Positions 37,636 to 49,468 of a stretch of 64,000 nt of DNA are shown piece by piece. The notes beneath the pieces were generated by a model that did not search any database, had not been told where the DNA came from, and saw only the letters and a list, made by a program, of their open reading frames with translations. Position numbers and translations under genes: made by a program. Positions within the stretch are counted from its first letter, which is position 1; every line of letters begins with the position of its first letter. The DNA lies in NCBI GenBank assembly GCA_034520945.1, contig JAXHNB010000002.1:288001-352000 (forward strand). The letters run 5' to 3'. Origin of the DNA: Trueperaceae bacterium. GTDB taxonomy: Bacteria; Deinococcota; Deinococci; Deinococcales; Trueperaceae.

Positions 37636-38484
37636 GTGAGTGACGCGCTCTGGTGGGTGCTGCAGCCCAGCGGCCTGCTGCTGACGCTCCTCGCGTTCGC
37701 GTGGGTGTTGCTCATCGCCGGCGCGCGCCGGTTCGCACGGAGCATCGTCGGGCTGGTCCTCCTCGCGTGGGGAGGGGCGGTCCTGCTGCCGGTCGACGCC
37801 TGGCTCGCGGCACCGCTCGAGGCGCGGACGGGCGTCCCCGACCCGATGCCCGGCGACGTGGACGGCATCCTCGTGCTGGGGGGCGCGGTCGAGTGGCGCG
37901 TCAGCGAGGCGCGTCAGCAGCTCGCACTCGGCGACGCCGGCGAGCGGATGTTGGCCGCGGCGGCATTGGCGCGCCGATTCCCCGACGCCACGCTGGCCTT
38001 TACCGGCGTGAGCGCCGACGCGCTGGCGCAAGACTTCCGAGCCGAACCCACGGGGCGAAGCCTGGTGTTCGGCCCCGAATTCGCAGGCCGCGACATGATC
38101 GTGCTGAGCGAAGCGTCCAGCACGTACGAGGACGCGATGTTGGCGCTCCGCCGCATCGCCCCGCAGCCGGGCGACACCTGGCTGCTGGTCACCAGCGCGT
38201 GGCACATGCCCCGTGCATGGGCGACGTTTCGGACGCTCGGCTGGACCATGGTGCCCTACCCGGTCGACTACCGCGCCGGCGGACGGACCCGAGGTCAGGG
38301 ATGGCTGCCCCGGACCCTGCCCCCGCCCGCGGCGCGCCTGGCGGAGCTCGACACCATGGTGAGAGAGTGGGGCGCCGTCGCGATCTATCGCCGCACCGGT
38401 CGCATCACCGACGAAGCCTGGCGTGCCGTGCCGCCCCCCGGGCTCCAGCCGACCGGGGGGCCACGGTTCGGCGCCCGGCCGTGA
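37636..38484 (+). CDS. YdcF/ElyC (DUF218) family membrane protein
   Basis: Two N-terminal TMs, ILVLGG, STYEDA, LLVTSAWHMPRA, PYPVDY. Confidence 0.88.
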   Translation: MSDALWWVLQPSGLLLTLLAFAWVLLIAGARRFARSIVGLVLLAWGGAVLLPVDAWLAAPLEARTGVPDPMPGDVDGILVLGGAVEWRVSEARQQLALGDAGERMLAAAALARRFPDATLAFTGVSADALAQDFRAEPTGRSLVFGPEFAGRDMIVLSEASSTYEDAMLALRRIAPQPGDTWLLVTSAWHMPRAWATFRTLGWTMVPYPVDYRAGGRTRGQGWLPRTLPPPAARLAELDTMVREWGAVAIYRRTGRITDEAWRAVPPPGLQPTGGPRFGARP

Positions 38485-38510
38485 GGCGTCGCGTCGGTGC
38501 TACGCCCGCG

Positions 38511-39527
38511 TCAGGTGGCGGCGCCCGCCGGCATTCGGTCGTGAAGCGACTCGGCGATCTGGATGGCGTTCAGGGCCGCGCCCTTTCGAATCTGATCGCC
38601 GGAGACGAACAACGCCACGGCGCCCGGCTTGCTGGCGTCCGCGCGGATCCGGCCCACCAGCACCTCGTCTTGTCCTGAGGCGTCCCGAGGCATCGGGAAC
38701 AGGTTGGCGTCGCGGTCGTCCACCACACGAACACCCTCCGCGCCGTCCAACACCTCGCGGGCTTCGTCGGGACCGACCGGCCGGGAGAACTCGGCGTGAA
38801 TCGCTTCGCTGTGGGCGCGAAACACCGGAACGCGCACGCAGGTCGCGCTGACGGCCAGTTCCGGCGCACCGAGGATCTTGCGGGACTCCAACAGCAGTTT
38901 GCGCTCCTCGACGTTGTAGCCATCCTCGCCGACGTCGCTATCGTGGCTGAACAGGTTGAACGCGATCGGGTGCGCGAAGGTTCGAGTCTCCAACGGTTCG
39001 CCGGCCATGTAGGCGCGCGTCTGTCGATCGAGTTCGTCGATGCCTCCCGCGCCGGACCCCGACACGGCCTGGTAGGTCGCCACCGTCGCACGCGTCAGGC
39101 CGAAGCTCCGGTGCAACGGCGCCAGCGCCATCAGCCCGATGATGGTCGAACAGTTCGGATTCGCGACGATCCCGCGGTGGGCCAAGGCCGCCTCCCCGTT
39201 GATCTCGGGGACCACCAGCGGCGTGTCCGGATCCATCCGCCAGGCGCTGGTGTTGTCGATCACCACCGCCCCCGCTGCCGCCCAGGAGCGCGCACGCGCC
39301 TTGGACAGCGACCCGCCGGCCGACGAGAACACGACGTCGGCGCCGAGATTCCCGTCCTCGGGCAGGGCCTCGACGACCAGCTCGCCGCCTCGGAAGGGAA
39401 GCGCCGTGCCGGCCGACCGGGCCGAGGCGTAGGCCCGCACCTGCTCGGCGGGAAACCCACGCTCCTCGAGCAGGGTCAACAGCTCGCGTCCGACCGCGCC
39501 GGTGGCCCCGACGATGGCTACCCGCAT
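38511..39527 (-). CDS. asd: Aspartate-semialdehyde dehydrogenase
   Basis: VGATGAVG, PLVVPEIN, ANPNCST, TYQAVSG, TCVRVPVFRAHSE, DQIRKGAALN. Confidence 0.96.
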   Translation of the reverse strand: MRVAIVGATGAVGRELLTLLEERGFPAEQVRAYASARSAGTALPFRGGELVVEALPEDGNLGADVVFSSAGGSLSKARARSWAAAGAVVIDNTSAWRMDPDTPLVVPEINGEAALAHRGIVANPNCSTIIGLMALAPLHRSFGLTRATVATYQAVSGSGAGGIDELDRQTRAYMAGEPLETRTFAHPIAFNLFSHDSDVGEDGYNVEERKLLLESRKILGAPELAVSATCVRVPVFRAHSEAIHAEFSRPVGPDEAREVLDGAEGVRVVDDRDANLFPMPRDASGQDEVLVGRIRADASKPGAVALFVSGDQIRKGAALNAIQIAESLHDRMPAGAAT

Positions 39528-39614
39528 GCCTGCCCTCCGTGACGCCCTCGATTCATGACGTTCGAGCCTAGCACGTGCGCGGATGGCCGAGGGTCGGCGG
39601 GTAGCATGGTCGCC

Positions 39615-40739
39615 ATGAGCGCCCCCGACGCGCATGTTCCCCCCTTGGATCACTGGCGCCGCATCGTCGTCAAGGTCGGCACCAGCAGCCTCACCGACGA
39701 CGCCGGACGGATCCATCCGCCACGCATGTGGGCGATCGCGCGCGGCATGCTGGTCCTCGCCGGGCGCTGCGGCGCCAAGGCGGTGCTGGTGTCCTCCGGG
39801 GCGGGCGCGGCCGGCCGCGAGCGCCTGGGGATCCAGCTCCCCCTGACCCTTCCGGACAAGCAGGCTGCGGCCGCCGTAGGGCAAACGCTGCTGATGCTGG
39901 ACTGGGAGCGGGCGCTGGCGCCGAGGCCGGTGGCGCAGTTGCTGTTGTCCGCCGACGACGTGCGAACGCGGGAGCGGTACGTGAACGCCAAGAACGCCCT
40001 GGAGGCCAGCCTGAAGCTAGGGGCGGTCCCGGTCGTGAACGAGAACGACAGCGTCGCGACCAGCGAGTTGAAGCTCGGGGACAACGACACGCTGTCGGCC
40101 TGGGTCGCCTACCTGGTCGATGCCGACGCCCTGGTCGTGCTGACCGACGTCGATGGCCTGTACGACGCCGACCCTCGCCGCACCGCCGACGCACGCAAGA
40201 TCGACGTGGTGCGCGACGTCGCGGAGGTCGAGCACCTGGCCGGCGGCGTGGGAAGCACGCGCGGCACCGGGGGGATGGCCACCAAGCTGCGGGCGGCCCG
40301 GATCGCGACGGAGGCCGGCATCGAGATGCTGGTCCTCGGCGGCGGCGGCGAAGGGCTGGAGGCGTTGGCGCGCGGCGAGGTACGCGGCACGCGGTTCCTG
40401 GCCCGCGCCCACCCGCCCGCCCGCAAGGCGTGGATCGGTCAGCAGCCCGGACGAGGGCGCGTCCTCATCGACGGCGGCGCGGCCAAGGCGTTGCGGGAGG
40501 GACGCAGCCTGCTCCCTAAGGGGGTGACCGGCGTCGAAGGCGACTTCGCGTTCGGAGACGCGGTCGACGTCGTCCACGACGGGACGGTCCTGGGGCGCGG
40601 GTTGAGCAACTACGGAGGCGACGCCATCGAGCGGATCCGGGGTCGCCACACGCGCGATATCGCGGACCTGTTGGGGCGCAAGGACTACGACGAGGTGGTG
40701 CACCGCGACAACCTGTTCCTGTATGCCGGCGCCGACTGA
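39615..40739 (+). CDS. proB: Glutamate 5-kinase
   Basis: VVKVGTSSL, VNENDSV, GDNDTLSA, GTGGMATK, PUA domain. Confidence 0.96.
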   Translation: MSAPDAHVPPLDHWRRIVVKVGTSSLTDDAGRIHPPRMWAIARGMLVLAGRCGAKAVLVSSGAGAAGRERLGIQLPLTLPDKQAAAAVGQTLLMLDWERALAPRPVAQLLLSADDVRTRERYVNAKNALEASLKLGAVPVVNENDSVATSELKLGDNDTLSAWVAYLVDADALVVLTDVDGLYDADPRRTADARKIDVVRDVAEVEHLAGGVGSTRGTGGMATKLRAARIATEAGIEMLVLGGGGEGLEALARGEVRGTRFLARAHPPARKAWIGQQPGRGRVLIDGGAAKALREGRSLLPKGVTGVEGDFAFGDAVDVVHDGTVLGRGLSNYGGDAIERIRGRHTRDIADLLGRKDYDEVVHRDNLFLYAGAD

Positions 40740-40837
40740 ACCTACCGCGGCGCGGTCGCGCGCAGGCAGGCCTGCCCGGGCGGACGCGGACGGCCGCGGC
40801 CCGCTCGGCCGGTGCTAGGCTGCGGCCGGGAGGCGTC

Positions 40838-41338
40838 ATGAGGAGCGTACGCACCACCCTCGCCTACGTCGCGGCCGCCATCGTGGCGGCGTTCGGGATC
40901 CTGGCCTTGCTGAATCCTTTGGTCGCCGTGCGTGTCCTGGGGCTCGAGGTCATCGAGCCGCGCGGCCTCAGCGAGATCCGTGCCACCTACGGCGCGTTCC
41001 TGCTGGTGCTCGGCGGTGCGATGGCGTGGGCCGTACGGATGCGGCCGCGCGGGACCCCCTGGGTACGCCTGATCGGAATCGTGTTCCTCGGGGCCAGCCT
41101 GGGACGCGTAGCAAGCGTGGTCCTGGACGGCGTGTTCACGCCGTTCAACCTGGCCGTGCTGGCGGTCACGGCGTTCGTGTCGGTGGCGGCGCTCCTCGCC
41201 AGCTTTCAGCGCCGCCCCACTCCGCCCGCGGCGTCGGGCGGCAGCGAGCGCGCGCGGACGGGCCGCCGTCTTCTCGGCGGGGGTCGGCGGCGCGCTTCGG
41301 GCGGCGAGGCGCCGAACGGACCCCAAGACGACGCGTAG
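40838..41338 (+). CDS. DUF4345-like small membrane protein
   Basis: Four TMs, SEIRATYG and GRVASVVLDG; GGAGG RBS. Confidence 0.65.
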   Translation: MRSVRTTLAYVAAAIVAAFGILALLNPLVAVRVLGLEVIEPRGLSEIRATYGAFLLVLGGAMAWAVRMRPRGTPWVRLIGIVFLGASLGRVASVVLDGVFTPFNLAVLAVTAFVSVAALLASFQRRPTPPAASGGSERARTGRRLLGGGRRRASGGEAPNGPQDDA

Positions 41339-41455
41339 CGACCCCCCGCTGGGGGCCGAGGCGGGGTCGGCCGCCCGGGCGACGTTGCGGTAGGCTGATC
41401 CAGCCATGCCCACGTACCGCCCCTCCGTCGCCGCGTCACGACCCCTCTCCCGCCG

Positions 41456-42643
41456 ATGAAGATCACCGTTCCCGAAGGCACCCGGGACCACCTGCCGCGC
41501 GCCGCCGAGCAGCGCGCACGCATGATGGCCCGGTTGTCGTCCTTGTACGCGGCGTGGGGGTACCAGGCCGTCGAGGTGCCGGTCCTCGAGCACTACCGGC
41601 CGCAGCATCCCCGCGCCGCGCAAGCGTTCAAGCTGACCGACGCCGGGGGCGAGCTGCTTGCGTTGCGAAGCGACTTCACACCGGCCCTGGCGCGTCTGGT
41701 GCATGCGGCGTGGCCGTCCGTCGCCGATCCGGAGGCGGAGGCGCGGCCGGTGCGCTTGCAGTACGCGGGCCCGGTGTGGCACGCCACCATGCCGGAGCTG
41801 GCCCGAACGCGCGAGTTCACGCAGGTCGGCGTCGAGCTGGTCGGCGCACGCCACCCGCGGGCCGACGCGGAGCTGATTCACCTGGCGCGCGAGTCGGTGC
41901 GTGCCGTCGGATTGCGGCCGCGCGTCGAGATCGGAAGTCCGGGCCTGGTCAAGGCGCTGATGGACGAAGCCGGCGTGGCGGCGCCGGCGCGGCCCGCGTT
42001 GGCGGACGCGATCGACCGCAAGGACCCCCACGACGTGGAGCGGATGTCGCGCGACCTGGGCCTGGCCGGCGCGGCCGCGGATGCGCTGCGGGCGGTCCCC
42101 GACCTGTACGGCGGGCCCGACCTCATGCGCGAGGCGGAACGCCTCGCCGTCGGGCCGGCCTCGAGCGCCGCCCTCGCGCACCTGGCAGGCGTCCTGGCCG
42201 AGTTCGAGGACGACACCGAGCTGCTGCTGGACCTCGGCATGGCGCGGCGCCTCGCCTACTACACCGGCGTGACCTTCCGCGCCTACACCGTGGACTTCGG
42301 CAAGCCGCTATTGGGCGGCGGCCGCTACGACGGGGCGTTGCTTCCCTACGCCGCCGGGTTCGCCCTGGGACTGGAGCGCTTGACCGACGCCCTCGGCGAA
42401 CCGGCCGGCGGTGACGCGCTGCGCGTGCTGGCGACCGACGACGCGGCGGCGCGCCTGCTGCGCGCCGCCGGGATCGAGGTGCTGCGCGCCGTGGCGGAGG
42501 AGCCCGCCGCCGCCCGCACGGAGGCCCGAGCGCTGGGGGCGGCGTGGTTGCTGACGCCCGCGGGGCTCGAAGCCGTGTCGGACGACGTCGATGCGGCCGA
42601 GCGCGCGCGGCTCCGGGGCTTGCTGGAGGGTGACGATGCCTGA
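41456..42643 (+). CDS. hisZ: ATP phosphoribosyltransferase regulatory subunit
   Basis: [34 protein letters not shown]; upstream of a short hisG. Confidence 0.93.
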   Translation: MKITVPEGTRDHLPRAAEQRARMMARLSSLYAAWGYQAVEVPVLEHYRPQHPRAAQAFKLTDAGGELLALRSDFTPALARLVHAAWPSVADPEAEARPVRLQYAGPVWHATMPELARTREFTQVGVELVGARHPRADAELIHLARESVRAVGLRPRVEIGSPGLVKALMDEAGVAAPARPALADAIDRKDPHDVERMSRDLGLAGAAADALRAVPDLYGGPDLMREAERLAVGPASSAALAHLAGVLAEFEDDTELLLDLGMARRLAYYTGVTFRAYTVDFGKPLLGGGRYDGALLPYAAGFALGLERLTDALGEPAGGDALRVLATDDAAARLLRAAGIEVLRAVAEEPAAARTEARALGAAWLLTPAGLEAVSDDVDAAERARLRGLLEGDDA

Positions 42644-43271
42644 GGCGGCGCAACGCCCGTTGGTGGCGGCCCTCCCCAAGGGCCGCGTCCTGTCCGATGC
42701 CTTGGCGGCGTTGCGCGCGGCGGGCCTGGAGTTGGCGCTCGGCGACGCCTCCCGCCTGCTGCGGCACGAGGCGCCGGGCGGGACGGTGCTGCTGATGCGC
42801 AATGCCGACGTTCCGACCTACGTCGACCTCGGCGTGGCCGATCTCGGCGTCGTCGGCAAGGACGTGCTGCTGGAGTCCGGCAGTGCGGTGTACGAGCCGG
42901 TGGACCTCGGCTTCGCCGCCTGCCGCATGTCGTTGATCCGACCGGTCGGGGCGCGCGGGACGGTGCGGCGGATCGCCAGCAAGTACCCGCGCGTGACGGC
43001 GTCGTACCTGGCACGGGTCGGGAGTTCCGCGGAGGTCGTCGCCCTGAAGGGCAACGTCGAGCTGGCGTGCTTGACGGGGCTGGCCGATGCGGTGGTCGAT
43101 ATCGTCCAGACCGGTTCCACGCTGGAGGCCAACGACCTGGAGGAGGTGGACGTGCTGCTGCGGTCCAGCGCCCGCCTGGTCGTCAACCGCGCGGCCCTCA
43201 AGCTGCGCGCCGACGAGCTGAAGCCCCTCATCCGGCGATTGCGGGCCGCCGCGGACACCGCGGCCGGGTGA
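42636..43271 (+). CDS. hisG: ATP phosphoribosyltransferase (short form)
   Basis: [55 protein letters not shown]. Confidence 0.95.
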   Translation: MPEAAQRPLVAALPKGRVLSDALAALRAAGLELALGDASRLLRHEAPGGTVLLMRNADVPTYVDLGVADLGVVGKDVLLESGSAVYEPVDLGFAACRMSLIRPVGARGTVRRIASKYPRVTASYLARVGSSAEVVALKGNVELACLTGLADAVVDIVQTGSTLEANDLEEVDVLLRSSARLVVNRAALKLRADELKPLIRRLRAAADTAAG

Positions 43272-43310
43272 GCCGCGCGCTCCGCGCGCTGCGGCCGGAA
43301 CCGGGACCGC

Positions 43311-43799
43311 CTACGGCTCGTTCTCGGCCGGAGCGGGCATGGCGACCCGCGGGTAGGAGACCCGCGCCACCGGCGCGCCCGCCAAGCGCCGCAACAACAC
43401 CAACTGGCCCGTGTGCGTGAGGGCGTCCGCCAACGGCCCGCGCACCATCGCCTGCGGCTCCAGCCGCTCCGGGCGCACCTCTTCGTCGCGCAAGGCATGA
43501 TCGAGCCGGGCGATGCGGGCGTGCACGTGCGCTCGCACGGCGGTCCAGTCGCCGGCCGAGGGGTGTCCCTCAGGCGCTGGCGCGTCGTGCCCGAACGTGC
43601 CCAACGCCTTGTCCATCAGGTCGGCCACGTGCTGCAGCAGCTCGCGGGGCGTGCGCGCGCCCAGGGCGACGCGGTCGTCGGCGAAGCCGTCCGGCGCGTC
43701 GTCGCAGGCGTGACGGAGGCGGAAGTCGAGGCTCGCCAGCAGGGAACGCGCCACGGTGCGCCCATCGCCGAAGGAGGCATCGTTCGTCGGTCGGGTCAT
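43311..43799 (-). CDS. DinB-like hypothetical protein
   Basis: RTPRELLQHVADL and GPLADALTHTGQLVLLRRLAG; TACCCT just upstream. Confidence 0.7.
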   Translation of the reverse strand: MTRPTNDASFGDGRTVARSLLASLDFRLRHACDDAPDGFADDRVALGARTPRELLQHVADLMDKALGTFGHDAPAPEGHPSAGDWTAVRAHVHARIARLDHALRDEEVRPERLEPQAMVRGPLADALTHTGQLVLLRRLAGAPVARVSYPRVAMPAPAENEP

Positions 43800-43984
43800 G
43801 GTACGAGGGTAGCCGACGCGGACCGCCGCTGCGTGGGCGGTGCGTGCCTGAACCCCGACGCGCCCACGCGCGCCCGCCCTCACCCCTGTGGAGGTCTCAT
43901 GTTCGATCCCGTCCCTACCGTGTTTCGCCCCGCGCCCCGCGGGACCTCTTCCTGCGCTGGGATGCGCGGCCGGTGGCCGGCGCC

Positions 43985-45172
43985 GTGACGCGCGACGCGA
44001 TCGCGACCGCCCAGGCGGAGCTCGAGCGCGAAGGCCTGGCCGCGTGGCTGGTCTTCGACTTCCGCGGCAGCAATCGGTTCGCGGCGCGCTTCCTGCCCGC
44101 GGGCGCGCTGCTGAGTCGGCGCGTGTTCCTGCTGATCCCCCGCGAGGGGCGCCCCGTCATGCTGGCAGGCGCGCTGGAGACCGGCTCGCTGCGGATGCCG
44201 GAGGCCGAGATCCGGGGCTACGCCAGCCGCGACTCGTTGGTGGAGGCGTTGCGCGCGTTGCTGCCGGACGGGCCGGTGGCGATGGAGGTGTCGCCGAACG
44301 GCGACGTGCCCTACGTGTCCGTCGTCGATGCGGGCACGGTCGACCTGTTGCGGGGACTGGGGGCCGAGATCGTGTCCTCGGCCGAGCTGCTGCAGGGCTT
44401 CGCGACGTGGGACGAGGCGCAGGTGCGCGCGCACCGCGAGGCGGCGCGCGGCACCATGGAGGTGTTGGACGAGGCGTGGGATGCGCTTCGCAGCCGCGCC
44501 CGGGAGGGACGCGAGGTGCGCGAGTCCGAGATTCAGGGCGTGGTCGCGGCGGGGTTCGACGCCCGCGGCCTCGTGTACGACCACAAGGCCATCGTGGGAT
44601 TCGGCCCCAACGCCGGGAACCCGCACTACCTGCCCGTAGCGGGTCAGGATCGCGCACTGACACCGGGCGACGCGATCCTCGTCGACCTGTTCGCGCGCCT
44701 CCCGGCCGAGGGCGCGCCGTACGCCGACGTCACCTGGATGGGGACGTACGGACCGGCGAGCGACGCCTTCGAGCACGCGTTTCGTGCCGTGGCCGAGGCG
44801 CGGGACGTGGGCGTGCGCACGTTGCGTGAGGCGCACGCCGCCGGCCGACGGTTGCAGGGGCGCGAGGTGGACCGGGCGGTGCGGGACCACCTGAGCGCCT
44901 CGGGGTACGCAGACGCGTTCGTGCACCGCACCGGCCATTCGCTCGGGTCGCGTCACACGCACGGCGACGCGGCCCACTTCGACGACTTCGAGACGCGCGA
45001 CACGCGCACGGTGCGGCCGGGGATGGGGTTCACCATCGAGCCGGGGGTGTACCTGCCCGACTTCGGGGTGCGAAGCGAGCTGGACGTGTTGCTGCGGGAC
45101 GACGGCCTGGAGGTGACGACCGGCGTGCAGGCCGAGCCGGTGCGCGTGCCGCTCGGTCCGCGACACCGCTGA
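43985..45172 (+). CDS. Xaa-Pro aminopeptidase (M24 family)
   Basis: NPHY, LVDL..YADVT, HRTGHSLG, FTIEPGVY..GVRSE. Confidence 0.9.
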   Translation: MTRDAIATAQAELEREGLAAWLVFDFRGSNRFAARFLPAGALLSRRVFLLIPREGRPVMLAGALETGSLRMPEAEIRGYASRDSLVEALRALLPDGPVAMEVSPNGDVPYVSVVDAGTVDLLRGLGAEIVSSAELLQGFATWDEAQVRAHREAARGTMEVLDEAWDALRSRAREGREVRESEIQGVVAAGFDARGLVYDHKAIVGFGPNAGNPHYLPVAGQDRALTPGDAILVDLFARLPAEGAPYADVTWMGTYGPASDAFEHAFRAVAEARDVGVRTLREAHAAGRRLQGREVDRAVRDHLSASGYADAFVHRTGHSLGSRHTHGDAAHFDDFETRDTRTVRPGMGFTIEPGVYLPDFGVRSELDVLLRDDGLEVTTGVQAEPVRVPLGPRHR

Positions 45173-45228
45173 GCCCTGGAGGCCCGCGGCGCGAAGGGAC
45201 GGGCCGCGCGGGGTGCTAGCGTGCCGTC

Positions 45229-46230
45229 ATGAGCACGCCCCTGTGGGTCGTCGGCGACTACGCGTGGGACGTCCTGATCCGGACCAACCGGCCCCTCATG
45301 GCGGGCGGCGACACCTACGGCGAGGTCGGCCTCGCCCCGGGCGGATCGGCGGCCAACAGCGCGGTGTGGGCGCGGCGCTGCGGGCTGCCGACGACGTTCG
45401 TCGGCAAGGTGGGTCGTGACCGCCTGGGGGACCTCGCCGAAGAGGAGCTGGAGGCGGAGGACGTAGGCGCATGGCTGGTGCGCAGCGAGGCACAGGCCAC
45501 CGGTTCGGTGGCGGTGTGGATCGACCACGAAGGGCAGCGCTCGATGGTGTCCGGCAAGGGCGCCGACCATCACCTCCTCCCCTCCGAACTGCCGCGCGAG
45601 GCACTGGCCGGGGCGCGGCACCTGCACCTGTCCGCCTGGTCGTTCTTCGCCGACCCGCCGCGCGCCGCGGCGCGCGAGGCGGCCCGCATCGCCAAGGCGG
45701 CCGGCGCGACGCTTTCGTTCGACCCCGGAAGCTTCCAACTGATCGGGTCGACGGGCGTGGACCGATTCCTGCGCTTCACCAACGACTTGGGGATCGACCT
45801 GTTGTTCCCGAACGTGGAGGAGGGGCGCGTGCTGAGCGGCGAGACCGATCCCGAGCGCATGGTGGCCGTCCTGGCCGAGCGCTACCCGGGGGCGCGCATC
45901 GTGTTGAAGCTGGACGCGCAGGGCGCCCTGGTGCAGGACGACCAGGGGCGCCCCGCACGCGTGCCACCGACGCAGAGCGTCGTGCTGGACGCGACCGGTG
46001 CGGGGGACGCCTTCGCGGGTGCGTTCCTGGCCCGCTGGTCGGCGGGCGAGGACGCCGTGGAGGCGGCCCGCTTCGCCAGTGGCGTGGCCGCCTGGGTGAT
46101 CGAGCACCTGGGCGCGCGGCCGCATCCGGACGCCCGCCTGAGGGAACGCATGGCGCTGGCGCACGGGACGGGTGCGGGCGCCGCGGCCGAGGACGATCCG
46201 GCTCCGCCCGCGGACGAGGCGAAGGGGTGA
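45229..46230 (+). CDS. PfkB family carbohydrate kinase
   Basis: PGGSAANSA, VGKVGRDRLG, FPNVEE, DATGAGDAFAG. Confidence 0.92.
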   Translation: MSTPLWVVGDYAWDVLIRTNRPLMAGGDTYGEVGLAPGGSAANSAVWARRCGLPTTFVGKVGRDRLGDLAEEELEAEDVGAWLVRSEAQATGSVAVWIDHEGQRSMVSGKGADHHLLPSELPREALAGARHLHLSAWSFFADPPRAAAREAARIAKAAGATLSFDPGSFQLIGSTGVDRFLRFTNDLGIDLLFPNVEEGRVLSGETDPERMVAVLAERYPGARIVLKLDAQGALVQDDQGRPARVPPTQSVVLDATGAGDAFAGAFLARWSAGEDAVEAARFASGVAAWVIEHLGARPHPDARLRERMALAHGTGAGAAAEDDPAPPADEAKG

Positions 46231-46270
46231 GGGCGCACCGTTCCCGCCCTGCGGCGCGCCGGCGGTCGCG

Positions 46271-47484
<1,214 letters not shown>

Positions 47485-47488
<4 letters not shown>

Positions 47489-48165
47489 GAGGGTTCCCTC
47501 CCGTCCGCCACGGTCAGGTCGGTCGGGTCCGCAGCGGCCGCCTCCGTGTCCGCCAACGCCGCGGCGCGGGCCGCATAGCGCGCCATCACGTCGGCTTCGA
47601 GGTTGAGGTGCGATCCCGGCCCGAGCTCGCCGAGGGTGGTGACGTCGCGCGTATGCGGGATGATCCAGAGCGTGAACGTGCGCGCGTCCAGGTCCGGCCG
47701 CGTCCCGCCGGGACCGCCCACGTCCACGACGGTCATGCTGACCCCGTCGGCGGTGATGCTCCCCTTCGGCACCAGCCACCGCGCCATGCCGGCCGGGGCG
47801 CGGATGGTCAGCACCGTGGCGCCCTCCATGCGCCGGTGGTCGGTGACCTCGCCGACGCCCTCGACGTGGCCCGAGACGACGTGCCCGCCGAAGCGGCCGT
47901 GGGCCGGCATGGCCCGCTCGAGGTTGACGCGCGCCCCCTGGTGCCAGCGTGGCGCGGTGGCGCGCACGGACTCGTCGGTGAGTTCGGTCTCGAACGCGTC
48001 GGGTCCGACCGCGATCGCCGTCAGGCAGCATCCCGACACCGAGACCGAGTCGCCCACGCTCAGATCCTGCAGCACCCGGTCGGCGCCGATGCGGATCCGC
48101 AGCACGCCCCCGGTCCGTTCGGCCGCCACCACGCGACCGGTCTCTTCCACGATGCCTGTGAACAT
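47485..48165 (-). CDS. ribE: Riboflavin synthase alpha chain
   Basis: MFTGIVEE, GDSVSVSGCCLT, VNLERA..GGHVVSGHV, KGSI, NLEAD. Confidence 0.95.
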
Positions 48166-49400
48166 CAGCGCTTCCTTCCGGTTGGGGCGATGTCTGTGGC
48201 GTCCTCCGCCAGGGCGACGGGGCGGCCCGCCTGCGGGGCCGTGCGTGCGGCGGCGTCGGCCGAGCGCGCCGCGCGTGGGGCGACGCGCCCCGTCAGCAGC
48301 AGATCCTCGCCCGAGGTCTCGGTCCGTAGCGCGTCCAGCTGGAACGCGTCGGTCATGGTGGCGACGCCCGGCCCCCCCAAGGGGCTGGCGCCGGTCCCGC
48401 CCAGCAGCTTGGGGGCCACGAACCACGCCACCCGGTCGACCGCGTCCGCTTCGAAGAACGACCATGCCAGCGTGCCGCCGCCCTCGAGCAGGACGCTGCG
48501 CACCTCGCGTTCGTGCAGGGCCGCCAGCGCGTGCGACACCGACGCGTGGCCGCCCGCGAGGGGCACCGCGACGACGTCCGCGCCAGCGTCCCGGAGCGCC
48601 GTGCGGCGCGCGTCGGGAACGCCTGAGCCGACCACGATCAGGACCCGCGCGGCGGTGCCGTGCTCGTCGGGCGCGAACAGGGCGGCGTCCGGCGGCGTGC
48701 GGGCGTGGGTGTCGAACACCACCTTGCGCGGCGAGCGCCCGCCCGGCACGCGCGCGGTGAGGCGCGGGTCGTCGGCGAGGACGGTGCGGACGCCCACCGC
48801 GACGGCGTCCAGCTCGTGGCGCCAGCGTTGGACGCGCGCCCGCGAGGGTGGGCTGGTGATCCAGCGGGCGTCGCCGTTCGTCGTGGCGATCTTGCCGTCC
48901 AGCGTCATGGCGGTCTTGTAGAGCACGAAGGGGCGACCCTGCGTCACCGAGGTGAGGAACGCCTCGTTCTGCGCTTCGGCTTCGCCCTGCAGGACGCCTT
49001 CGATCACCTCGACCCCGGCCGCCCGGAGGCGCGTTGTCCCGGCCCCGTCGACGCGGGGGTCGGGATCGCGGGCCGCGATCACCACCCGGGCGACGCCCGC
49101 CTGGATGAGGGCCTCGCTGCAGGGCGGGGTGCGGCCGTGGTGCGTGCACGGCTCCAGCGTGACGTACGCCGTGGCGCCCCGTGCGGCGGGGCCGGCGGCG
49201 CGCAGGGCCAGCACTTCGGCGTGTTCCTGCCCGGCCTCGGCGTGCCAGCCCTCGCCGATCACCTCGTCCTCGTCGTCTCGGACGAGGACGCAGCCCACCA
49301 TGGGGTTCGGCGACACGGTGGCGCGGCCGTGCTCGGCCAGGGCGAGGGCGCGGGCCATGTGGCGTTCGTGGCGGGACGGCTCTGGCGGGCGCCCGCTCAC
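48165..49400 (-). CDS. ribD: Riboflavin biosynthesis deaminase/reductase
   Basis: PNPMVGC, HAE, TLEPCTHHGRTPPC, TLDGKIA, LLEGGG. Confidence 0.96.
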   Translation of the reverse strand: MSGRPPEPSRHERHMARALALAEHGRATVSPNPMVGCVLVRDDEDEVIGEGWHAEAGQEHAEVLALRAAGPAARGATAYVTLEPCTHHGRTPPCSEALIQAGVARVVIAARDPDPRVDGAGTTRLRAAGVEVIEGVLQGEAEAQNEAFLTSVTQGRPFVLYKTAMTLDGKIATTNGDARWITSPPSRARVQRWRHELDAVAVGVRTVLADDPRLTARVPGGRSPRKVVFDTHARTPPDAALFAPDEHGTAARVLIVVGSGVPDARRTALRDAGADVVAVPLAGGHASVSHALAALHEREVRSVLLEGGGTLAWSFFEADAVDRVAWFVAPKLLGGTGASPLGGPGVATMTDAFQLDALRTETSGEDLLLTGRVAPRAARSADAAARTAPQAGRPVALAEDATDIAPTGRKR

Positions 49401-49468
49401 GCGACGTGCTCCGGATGTCGAATCGAATGCTGCATACGGCCGCGGACGCGAAACCTCGCGCCGCTCAC

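Noticed and set aside
49397..49435. 12-aa His-rich uORF (MQHSIRHPEHVA) overlapping the ribD start
   Set aside because: It has no SD of its own, ribD has a plausible SD, and such overlaps arise by chance with GTGA starts.
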